A stretch of DNA of 58,611 nucleotides, counting the filler, from Platydemus manokwari (taxonomy: Eukaryota), in NCBI GenBank assembly GCA_037951405.1. It is 5 parts of 5 records of this genome, joined end to end, with 100 filler letters (N's around TTAATTAATTAA, not from the genome) between each part and the next. Parts side by side here need not be neighbours in the genome. Positions count along the whole stretch, not along the records: positions 12,355 to 22,344 come from JBBMOY011181434.1; positions 22,445 to 34,905 come from JBBMOY010125566.1; 3 more parts are not named here. One strand, 5' to 3'. Shown here piece after piece: positions 13,038-24,010 of this stretch. A program made the translations under genes and the position numbers. Every line of letters starts with the position of its first letter. Position 1 is the first letter of the stretch. Below the pieces are notes generated by a model. The model saw only the letters and a program-made list of their open reading frames with translations, was not told the origin of the DNA and ran no database searches.

Positions 13038-13783
13038 ATGAAGGAAAAATTATCTGAAATGATTAATAACATATCTAAAAAATTCAGTACAGTTTTAATA
13101 TCAATTAGTGAAAAATCAGAATGGAAATTTAGTTTTAATATATCTTTAAAATTGGATAAAAGATTTAAATATGAAATTGGTTTAATGTCAATAAGTGTTT
13201 TTAATTCTGTCAATACAATATCAATGATAATAATAATTCTTTTAAATATGAGAATAAAATATATAGAGTTCCATTAGGTTCCAGAGAAATTCATGATATA
13301 AACGAAAGTATTCATAAAAGTGTTGGTGAATATAAAGTCAATAACATCTCTCAGTTTGATAGTAATAAAAACCAATATATAGTGTTTATGTAGAACCCAA
13401 TAAAGCTACATTAAAATTTCATCTTAAAACAAGGAAATATAAAATTTATTACGTTAAGATGTTTTAGGATTTGAAAATAATAAAGTATATCAACCTGGAA
13501 CTCATTTATCAGAAAGTAAAATAAATATCAACGATCTTGCATTAATAAACGTTGAATGTTCAATAGCTAATGGAAGCTATGTATCTAGTGAAAGGGCAAA
13601 TATCATTAATAGTTTTCCAACTAATAGTGTCCCCCTGGTTATTTAGTAAATCAAGTTATCTATTTTCCAATATCTACCAAATGTATTTCTGATGTTACTT
13701 TTAAAATTACAGATCAAACTGGGAATTTAATTTATTTTAATGAAGAAAAAATATCACTACAGCTTCATTTCAAACAAGTTTGA
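13038..13783 (+). pseudogene. Polinton/adintovirus-like minor capsid protein (penton) pseudogene
   Basis: YEIGLMSISVFNSV ... LGFENNKVYQPGTHLSESKININDLALINVECSIANGSYVSSERANIINSFP...PGYLV...IYFPISTKCISDVTFKITDQTGNLIYFNEEKISLQLHFKQV*, the recognisable C-terminal pattern of Polinton minor capsid proteins; frameshifted. Confidence 0.75.
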
Positions 13784-13815
13784 AGGGAAGTCAAGCCTCA
13801 ATTAAATTTTAAAAA

Positions 13816-14190
13816 TGTGTTTAAAAATCTCTGTAGATTTAATAAATTTTCTAGCTAAATATGAAATTAATAAAACCACTAATTTTGACTTAACAGATAT
13901 TGCTGACGATTTGAATATAGATGTAAACATTATAAACAAATACTAACAAAGAATATATTATTATGAATTTAGAAACTACCAAAGATAAAGGTTCACATTA
14001 GGTTTCAATCAGTTAACGGCATAACATTTATATTGATCTTTATGGAATTTTACCAACTAAAGGGGATTATAATTTTCTTGAAAGAAACCGATATATTATA
14101 AAGTTCAAATACAACCGGATGGAGAATGATGTGGTCAATTATCAATGTATATTTTTTTATTGTTTAGATATAGGATTATAATTTGATTTT
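13816..14190 (+). pseudogene. Adenain-like (adenovirus C5-type) cysteine protease pseudogene of a Polinton
   Basis: TNFDLTDIADDLNI ... MNLETTKDKGSH*VSI ... YIDLYGILP ... QIQPDGE*CGQLSMYIF; the NLD..GSHWV / YFDSFG / Q..CG order is preserved, with W mutated to TAG. Confidence 0.7.
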
Positions 14191-14199
14191 ATTATTGCA

Positions 14200-14440
14200 A
14201 ATATGATGAACTCCATTCAACGCTTTAGCAGAAAAATGTATTCTACTTCTTCATAATAAATTTCACTAAATAATAAGAGATAGATGCATACATCTTGAAT
14301 ACAATGCGTTGGCATCTAAATATTTTAAATGTGTTTCTTTAAATGTACTTTCTGGTATAATTTCTCCTTTATTCATGATCTCAATTAATTCATGAGCCTA
14401 ACTTTGTTCTAAGATTATATAATTTTTAAATCCTTCATTT
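14200..14440 (-). pseudogene. Protein-primed family B DNA polymerase (pPolB) fragment
   Basis: Minus strand KETHLKYLDANALYSRCM (motif at 14322-14299) matches PolB motif A (YxDxNxLY) and sits next to the penton and protease remnants. Confidence 0.6.
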
Positions 14441-14489
14441 GCTTTCTCATTATTTAAATAAACAGAAAATTCCAGAAAACCCCCCTCTT

Positions 14490-17400
14490 TGTTCGGTTTA
14501 TTGGACTGATTGTGACCTGCTTGGGTCTGAAAGCTTTAATTCATGTAGCCAATTTTGCTTTTTCATTCATTCATCTCGGCTTTTCGTTGGGTTGAAATTG
14601 TTTGATTCTATTTTGTGTTAGGTAAAATCTATCAAAAAACTGGTCGAGTGAAATTGCCTGATTTTTGCCGGATGTTCAATATTTGAAATTGCGCATTCTT
14701 TGACCAGGTTTTGGATTTTATTTTTCGGCACGCCAATTTTAGCCAAAATTGCTTCTGTTGACGCCGGAACTGTACCGAGTGAGCCTATAATGCACGTGAA
14801 AAGCTCAATATTGAAATCTGGTTTCAATTTGGCTAGCTCATTTCTAAAATCGGTATAATGAATTACATTATTTTTGTTTGACTCCTCGAAGTTTTGTCTT
14901 GTGTCAATCGGACATTTCATGTCTACCAGGAAAATCTTTTTTTCGCTCTACATCAGTAACCAATAAATCAATGCACTCTTTTCTTTCTGGTAACAGTGAG
15001 CACATTTGGTTCACTACTACATCAATATTTTTTGATCGAAGGCAATCAACAATTTTGTTCAGGCATGCATTATGGCTAGCAGTTTGTAGCTTTTTGTTTG
15101 GGTTGCAACACTGTAGTACACGTGTCATGGTTTCAGGTTTGTCTTCTAAGGCGATGCATTAATTGCTAGAGTATTTGTTCTAGCTCGATGAATGAACTTA
15201 AACTCAAAAGATTTCAGGTCACTACGAAAAATTATCTTATTAATTCGTGGAGATAGTTTAATTGTATCTGCATTAAAATTACTGCGTTTACTATCAAGCC
15301 ATTTTGACGAATACGATTCCTGAATCAGTTGATGTAAAACAAGAGAAAGTTGTTTTCGATTACAAGTTGTCAGATGTCATCCTCAAGCAAGTTTCACCTT
15401 TAAAAAATTCAAAAATCAGGCTAATTTTGTGTTTATTTTGAAAATATTTCACAGCATTGATAAGTTGTATCCACCAGAATTTTTTAGAAGCAGAGTTTAC
15501 TATAGATTTTTTACCATTGATCCATTTAAAGCTTTCACCAATTGATGGATTTGTGTTACGAAGCCTTGTAGAAGAAACAAAACAAAGTGAATCAGAGATA
15601 ATTCTTTTTGTCAGTGGACAATCGGAGTTTAAAAGACGAAATGCTTGAACGATGCATTGAGTGTGATATTCATCAATTAACCCAGTAAGTCCGACACCAA
15701 GATACATGTAAAAATTTTTTACCAACAATCTTTTAATATTTACATTATTAATAGATATTACATCATCAGTGCTTTCGTGTGGTAAACTTATGAAGGCACA
15801 TTTGTCTGAGCGGTATTGTAAACCAGCCCATTCAGTTATCTCAACAGCTTTATCGATTAATTTTTGGAGATCAGGAGTATTATTGCCAATCAAAGCAAGA
15901 TCATCAGAGTAGGGTACTGGGAAAGGCGTTTGCAATGTCAAGCCAAACAACAGAAATGGACAAGTGTCGAGTATATTTTGAATGTTCAAAAGCAGCATTT
16001 AGAATGGCGTTGTTTTCAATACAACCCTCATATTTAGAACCTCTTTTTTGACCCCGGTTGAGTAGGTTATTATCTCTAATCCAATGCTCTAATCTTCTAG
16101 TCAAGATTGACGAAAATATCTTGTATGAATTTGATAAGAAAGCTATTGGTCGCCAGTTATTTATGTTTTTATACTGGCCATCTTTATCTGGTTTTGGAAT
16201 GAGGGTTGTCTTAAACTTTCGCCAATCTTCTGGAGGTTTAAGAGTCGAAATGACTTTATTAAAAAGGTGAGTTAAAAGGATACCTTCAGGGTCTAAGAGT
16301 GAAAGATCACGGTATATAATTTTGTCACCGCCAGGTGAGGTATTATCTGCAGATTTAAGAATAGAGAGAACTTTACTCGGATGAATAGGTTCTAACTCTA
16401 ATTTATCAATGGCAGTTTTACAATACCCATTATTATAATCCCATATGGTTGAGCTAGGTTTTTTATGAGAGAAACAACTAATTACATCATCGATAGATGG
16501 TCTAGAGTTGATTTCATCATCATTAATAATATCATTAATAGTCTTTCTCGTATTTCTTAAAAAATTCATTTTCTTGTTCCAATCGCTGGTATTTTTATTG
16601 AATCCTTTCCTTATTCCTAAGTATGGTTTATTCCGAAAATCATTTTGGTTTTGTATTTTATCCGGAAAGCAGTTAAAAATTTCATTCAATATGTCGTTTG
16701 GATCGGAGTTCTCAACTTTTTCCAATATCTCACGGTATTTTTCGATTCTGCTTTTTAAACTTAGGTTATTTTTAAAATATTTTTGGTCTTTATTCTCCAT
16801 AACATTGTTGGCGTTTAAAATAGTTATCGGAGCCATCCATATTATTCAAGCAATTGAATATCATGTCAAAATTGAAATTCAGAAGTGGCAATTTTTTGAT
16901 ATATTTAAGCATATATCCACATAAAAAAATATTTGAGAAAAGTCCAGAACAGCAAGTTTCATATTCTTCATGTTGGACAACGACGAAAGATTCTTTCAAG
17001 CCCAGTAGTTCTAAAATGGAATTGGTGATCGTTTGACCCAAAGATGTAAATCGATCATTACAAATTGAAGTTGTCTGATTGAGAACAAGGACAACACTTT
17101 GGGCAAATTCAAGAACTAGAAGCAGTCCATGAGCCTTTGGAGGTCTAAACATTACAAATATCGTGGAAGCCTGAATCAGTTTATCTAAATTAAGAAAGTT
17201 TTTCAAATAATCCGTACATCCATCGAGGATGGCTGTGGTTAAGATGTTATCTATAAACATTACGCTATTCGACGCAATGTATTGATTAGAAAATTTATTA
17301 AAAATGCTTTCGTTAATTTTGAAATTTAGCTTGCTATAATTGGCATTATTATTCATGTTTCCACTACCACCTAATTGTGATTGTGACTCACTTTACCACA

Positions 17401-19550
17401 CTGTAAAATGTAGACTTCACTTGCTTATATAACTTACGAATAAGCTTTAAGCGAATACAAATAGACCACAATCATAGCCATTTTTTGTCTGGAAATGTTG
17501 GTACTCGGATTGTCAATAATACTAACTTTTGTCTGAAATAAAACGTTTAATTTTCTATTCAAATTTTCTGCCAGATTAAAAGCTATTTCCGGTTCATAAG
17601 GAGTTTTAACTGGATCCATTATAAAAGACTCTCGAGATCCTCTATTATACACAAAAAGAACCCAACGTCTATTTAAAATATTCAGAGGGCACATTAGTGT
17701 GATTGATTCGAAAAACCGGCTTGAGAGAACTGGAGTAATATCAGGCTTACTTTCAGCTAGTGCATTGACTAGGACAGGGTTGACACCAAAATGATGTTTA
17801 TTCACAATGTTTCTATCAAGATACAATCTGATATCGACATCGGTAAACCATGCTCTACGTTCGAACGTCTCTGGTTTCTCAGCAATTTCATCAAGTGTGC
17901 TATCTACATTAGTAAGATCTATTTGATCATAAATGGTGTCGACTGGTGTAGGCACAATTTGTCAATCCTGGGGTTCTCCCGTGCTCTGCGTCAATGCCCT
18001 TTTCGTAGCTCGTCCAGTTTTATTGGATATTGGTGAACGAGCAATTATTCCCCTCTCACTTTTCTGACTGTACTATTAATAGTGCAAAAGGAGTCAAGGC
18101 AATCATCACAGAAGCTTATACTGTTTTGATTATGGCTTAGACTCTTTTTTGGTTTTTCTTTTTTACACGAGTTGCAAGTACCTATTGAATCCTTTTCAGT
18201 TTCTATATAAGTGGCATTTTTAGTCGATGTTTCACTACAGTTTGTAGTTACATTTTCTGTATTTAAACCACCGTTCAAACATCCATTAGGTTTCAAATCG
18301 CCCTCAGGATTCGATTTTTTAAGTTCGTTGAGAAAGGTTATCAGGTCATTAATTATCACCACATATTTCAATTCCAATTAGCGATTGCAAACAATTTTAT
18401 ATGATTTTGATCACCAAAACTTTCGTTTATCTTTCATTAGTGATTCATACTTATCTCGAATTACTTTTGTTACAAATTTGATAGTTTGCGTTTCAAATTT
18501 CTGCTTGAATTGGGTTGAATGGTGTTGATTTTAATTTTATTATAATCATCATCGTTATTATTATTATTATTATTGTCATTATCATTATTATTATTATCAT
18601 TATTATTACCATCACCATTATTATTCTCACTATCATTATTATCAACATTATTATTATTACTATTATTATTATCATTATTAATATTATCATTATAATTATT
18701 ACTATTAATGTCATCATTATTATTACTATTATTATCATTATTATTATTATCTTTGTTATTATAATAATTATTTTCATCATCACTATCATTATTATCATCA
18801 TTATTGTTGGGGTTTCGAGAAAATGACTCCTGAAAAACATTTGCATGACATTGATTTTGGTGCATATAAGTATTATTTTTTATGGATATTGTAAATAATT
18901 CTGATGTGCAAATATTATCTTATCTTTTTATCTTTTTATTTATTTTTCGAAGCGGAATAGTCTTAAATTCTTAATTAATTGGAAGTTTTAGTCGTTAAAT
19001 AATAATAATATTTAGTTGAAGTTAAAAGCAGTTAAGAGAATCTTTATCGTAAATTAGAATATTAAATATTTTAGTTAAAATGTTAAGTATTTTGGTTAAT
19101 GATAATAATTACAGTTAATTCTTTTATCATGTTTTAATATGATAATAATTTAGGATAAAATTTAGTTAATTTTGGTTAAAATTTAGAATAAATTGATAAA
19201 ATAGAATTAATTTAAATGAAAATAAGTTATTTATTTTCATTTTCAGCCCAACGACTAAAAAATCTAATCTTTTAAACCCCTATTTTTCGCGAAATTACCC
19301 GTATATTAAAATAATACCCAACAAAAAAACCCGCACGGCAACTAAGGCAGAGAGAAAATTCTTTTGAATTGTGAGAATTCGTCACAATAAAGAATAAAAG
19401 CCACCCGCAATTTTATTCAATCCAAATAAAATCCCATTGTCACCAAAACCATATGTAAGGCAGTAAAAATATCATATGCCTTCGACATCCACATGTTACA
19501 AAAAAGCCCTGTTATACAGAAACCACTAAGCTCTTGTTTTGTAAGAAACC
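14490..19550 (-). mobile_element. Decayed RLE-type non-LTR retrotransposon (NeSL/R2 group) with two Ulp1-like protease modules, element 1
   Basis: 5' to 3': C2H2-like HQNQCH, Asn/Asp tract, protease 1 (WFTDVDI...PLNILNRRWVLFVY..IMDP..RQ, 17955-17434), degenerate protease 2 (17356-16790), RT (SPGGDKI, KTTLIPK, NWRPIA, YKIFS, DIANAFPS, YSDDL), CCHC knuckle (~15160-15105), RLE (IDLLV..DMKCP..IIGSLG), AATAAA near 14500. The 5' boundary is uncertain. Confidence 0.88.
18538..18805. repeat. Imperfect (ATT/ATC)n microsatellite encoding an Asn/Asp-rich tract within element 1
   Basis: Directly visible trinucleotide repeat; explains three overlapping low-complexity ORFs. Confidence 0.95.
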
Positions 19551-19764
19551 ACTAGAATAGTGCGTTGTGAAGATTCATCCAATAGAAGATTCGAAGTTAA
19601 TTATCGTTGTCAAAGCCGTCAATCCCTCTGCAGCCGTTGTTCCAGCATATGCCCTATATTTCTTATAGGAAGAGTATTGAATATGAATTACCGAAGACAA
19701 GATCACGTAAGAGTAGTTTTCTTATAAAATCAATTATTTTCCCCATCAAATTTAATCGTATATT

Positions 19765-19935
19765 TGTAGTAATTCATAGCCATAATTGTATATTGTATTC
19801 ATTGTATAAAAGTACCTTAAAAGTAGTAATTCATAACCCCATAAGTGTATAACTGTAGTCACAATACAATTTCATAACCATAATTTGAGTTGACTTATTG
19901 AATTGTTGTAAGGTATCACAAATTCATAGTAGTGA
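19765..19935. repeat. Degenerate tandem repeat (~55 bp unit) in a possible LTR-like segment (19567-20283)
   Basis: gtagtaattcatagccataattgtata / gtagtaattcataaccccataagtgtata / aatttcataaccataa. The segment begins TGT and ends ACA, but no TSD was found. Confidence 0.45.
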
Positions 19936-22900
19936 TAGTCATTGTCATCCATCACCTTTTACTTTTATTGGGAATAATTTTGATTAATTAAATAGAGACT
20001 GATTAAAATACGAGTGAGGACCGAAAGAGAGTGAATAATATTAAAATCTGAAGGATAATGTTAAAGATAAAATACCAATATCGATATCTACGCCGATCCA
20101 CTTATCGTCATATAAGAAGTGATCGTCGAGGCGAAAAAAACAATAATCAATAATCATGAGGTTTCACTGCTACCTGAGGGTCAATAACGGATTCAGAGCA
20201 CTGATTAAGTCGTAGAATCGATTCAATCAATTAAAACAAACAAATAATAATAACAAGAAAGAGAGTGACCCCAAAACGCAACAAAAGTGATGAAAAACCC
20301 TATGTACAAAGTACCGAATCTCAGCATTTATATAAGCTGATGGATTTCCATCACAATTCATTCTTAAAAATTTCGACTTAAAAATTTTAGCTCGAGGATT
20401 TCAGTTTAGCAAATTTTAACGGGTGAAAAATTTAATTGAAAAGGAAGCATACAGTAAACCATCAAAAACAATTTTCATTAATAATAATAATACATAAACC
20501 AATTTTCTGCCATTCTGAAGGATCTTAACTTCGGAATCTATATCATAAAAATTATATTAAATTCTATAGGGCATTTAAGAATAAGTTCTCACGTTCCCGG
20601 CGAGATCGCTTTATCTATTTGTTAATAAAATTAGTGTGAGCTAAATTTGGCTTGAGTTAATTCTGTTACATAATCAATTTGTAATATATAAATAAAAGCC
20701 GGAATATGTTTGTTTGTTATTTAATTTGTGTAATAATTTATAAAAATTAACATTGAAGAACTCACGCTTTTGAACTGTATGCAATAACAATAAAAACAAC
20801 ATACAGAACTCTACAATATTTCAAAAGTCATCAGAGTAACAAAAGTACTTGCGACAAGTTAAAGTTATCTAACATATTTGAAAATAGTAATTAACTGAGT
20901 AAAAATCTCTGCGTAAATATTAAAATTGTAAATTTTTTTATTTAAATAAATCTTTGCTATAGAATTGTGTAATTTAACTTTTAAAGGGAAAACAAATAGT
21001 TACATATATATCATGCAGAACTCACGTTGTTGAGTTTGAGTTTTAATAATTAAACAGCACCTATTATAAAGAATAACATTTACATAGTTATTTAAAACCA
21101 GAAATAAATTACTGATAGTTATTTAAATATTTTTGCTATTTTTATGGAATATAAAATAATATATTTATAATATGACGTAACAATTATTCAAATGATTTGA
21201 TAATTGATTAATTAAATAAAATATTGCAAGAAGTATTTTCAATGGCAATCAGTTTCGGTATTTCAAATAGCCCAATAATTGATTTGTCTAAGAATGATCT
21301 TATTACTATGGTTGTAATATGGCTTATATTCGTAGTACTCTCTATATTTTTGCCAGAACTGCAAAGATTGGCCTCACTACTTGGAATTATAGTTTTTGCA
21401 GCAATTTTAATTTATATCATTTTACACGTGCTCTAAGTTTAAATCATTAAATAGTGTCTTTTGAGTAATTTTTTCCACTATATACGTACTATGTTAATAT
21501 ATTTTTAATTTTGATTTGTTTAATTTCATTAATTTCATGTTTACACCTCTTTTGTAATTTTGAGTAAATGCTTTTTATTATTATAATATATAATGATTTT
21601 ATTTTAATTTATTACATATTAATAACATGATTATTTAGAAAGATTTTAGTTATTGTTACTTCGAATTTCATAACATATGGGTTTATTTTTAAATTAACTT
21701 TTAGTTTTTCCATTAATATGCAAAAATCAGAAATGGAGCATATTACAAGATTTGGCAACTTTAATATTGAAGAATCTCATGATTTGCACATTTTTCCCAA
21801 TCATATAACTGTTGATAATAATAATAATGAAACGCCAAAGCATAATATGTTTGAGAATGGTAAGTTTACTAAAAAATTATTTCTAGTATTTAAACATGGT
21901 ACATTTGCATCTAAACAAATATAAAAATATATTTGACAAATCCTAAACAAGTACGGATTAATATAAAGTATATTTTTTAAAACAGTATTTTTGATGAATT
22001 TTTTTATAGTTCATGTGTATTATAAAAAGATTTTGTAGAAAATTAAATTTATTTATTAATATGATCCCAACTTGATGAAAATGGCATCAATTTTTATCGG
22101 TTCGATTTTTCAATAAAATTCAAATATTCCGTATACACCTTGAAAAGTTTCTAAGCCATTTTGAATTTTTTAATGAAAATTTTTATCAATGTATTTACAT
22201 TTAAAAATTGAAAAAAATGTGAACTAGTTATTTTTTTGGAAAACTTATCACTAAAATTAGTAATATTAAGATTATACATTTTTACAATTAATAATGTATT
22301 AATAAATTATTAGTAATGTTATTAATATTAATACATTGTTTATANNNNNNNNNNNNNNNNNNNNNNNNNNNNNNNNNNNNNNNNNNNNTTAATTAATTAA
22401 NNNNNNNNNNNNNNNNNNNNNNNNNNNNNNNNNNNNNNNNNNNNAAATAATATATGAAAAATACCAAGAATACATAACGACCCTTTTCCTCTTCACACTC
22501 CCATTTATTTGCACGTTTAAGTAAGCAGAAGAGAAAAGTTTAGTCAGTAGTATTTGTATTGATGCTGAATAGTGATAGCAATAAGTCAATAAATATTTTC
22601 ATTCCACGCGTGTTAAATTTTCCAAAAGTACACATATACATAGTTGTGGCTCTTGTTTGTTTTGAATTCAAAAGGCAGTCGTTTTCAAAAGTCCAAAATA
22701 GTTAAAGGTATTAAGAATGTCATCTAATAGATTTCTTTCCTTTGTTTTAAGTTCTTAAATTTTTACATGGAGTATCTTTTTTATAAAAACTTACTTTCCT
22801 TTTATGTATTAGAAATGAAATTACATTGTTTAAATAATCCAACATTTTGGTCGTTGCTTGATTGTCAATTATTTTATCATTAAAAACGAATTTTCTCATT

Positions 22901-24010
22901 TACTTTTAAACGTTGAGCTAAAGCAATCAGATTTTCATTGAGCCTAGTGTTTCACAGAAATATTTAAGCTCTCTTTAAGGTGAACTTACACTTTCTATTC
23001 GTAACTGAAGACATATTTATGTTATTTAATATAATTTTGAATATTGAACAGTATAATTTATCACCTATATGGCAGAGGCTCCTTTTCTCACATGAAGTTG
23101 CATCATAATATTATGATCATCACTAGATTAGAAATGTAATATCAGAATAAAATCTAGAATCATTATATCGTCTCGATATATGTCCATTTGATTTAAGAAT
23201 ATATTTTTGATATCATTTTTTCGTCTAATTATCTCATTGATTTTCTAAGAAATATTTGTACGTAAATTAATCAATAACGATGGATTTTCATTCAAATCTT
23301 TGACATAATGTTTTTAATTTTATCCCTTATTTCATTACAACCTCAAATACTCAAAAATGAATATATTTCTTCATTCATTATGTCCATGAATCGGATTTTT
23401 ATTGCAGATATTCCCAACTCGAAACCAATGATAATTAGCATGACATTTCCAGTAGGAACTACCTTGATCTGTAAATCATTCTTGTCAAAAGATGAAATTG
23501 CTAAATCGAAAAATAGATGTAAGCTACAATCTGAAAAACAAACGAAGAATCAACTACATCAAAATTACAATTTATTTCATCATTATATATGTGAAGATAA
23601 TTTAAACAAAGTCATACGGATTTTATAGAAACTATTTAGTAAAATCGAAATCATCGTATAACGGTTCGATTTATTTTAGCGCGACCATTAAAAATCAGTA
23701 AGATAAATTGCGGACGAGAAAATCATTTCTATTACACATAGCGACTAAAATTATATTTTTTATAGGAATAGAAAACTGATAAGCGCAGCAATCAAGATAA
23801 ATATTAGATCGTATAAATTTCTTAGGAAACAAAAATTAATTTATGTTTATGGATTTTTGAAAAAGTACAACTTTTCCCATTCTAATTTCAAATGATATTT
23901 ATGCTGATTTGTCCTCCAAATTATCGACATCAGTTTCGATATGTATTTCACAAAAAATTCAAATTCTGAATAACAACTTCAATTACAAAAAAATATTAAT
24001 GTTATTTCAG

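Noticed and set aside
15457-18036. Several plus-strand ORFs over element 1
   Set aside because: Antisense shadows of the retrotransposon ORF with no motifs.
18493-18846. Poly-Ile/Met ORFs on both strands
   Set aside because: Alternative frames of the AAT microsatellite.
19300-19560. HDV-like ribozyme expected at the 5' end of an R2-group element (also checked 39260-39480)
   Set aside because: No nested double pseudoknot could be built by eye; needs an RNArobo or Infernal search.
21224-21859. Two-TM small ORF and an exon-like segment (21705-21859) as possible 5' furin exons
   Set aside because: No recognisable prodomain or subtilase motif, and separated from furin by a linker gap.
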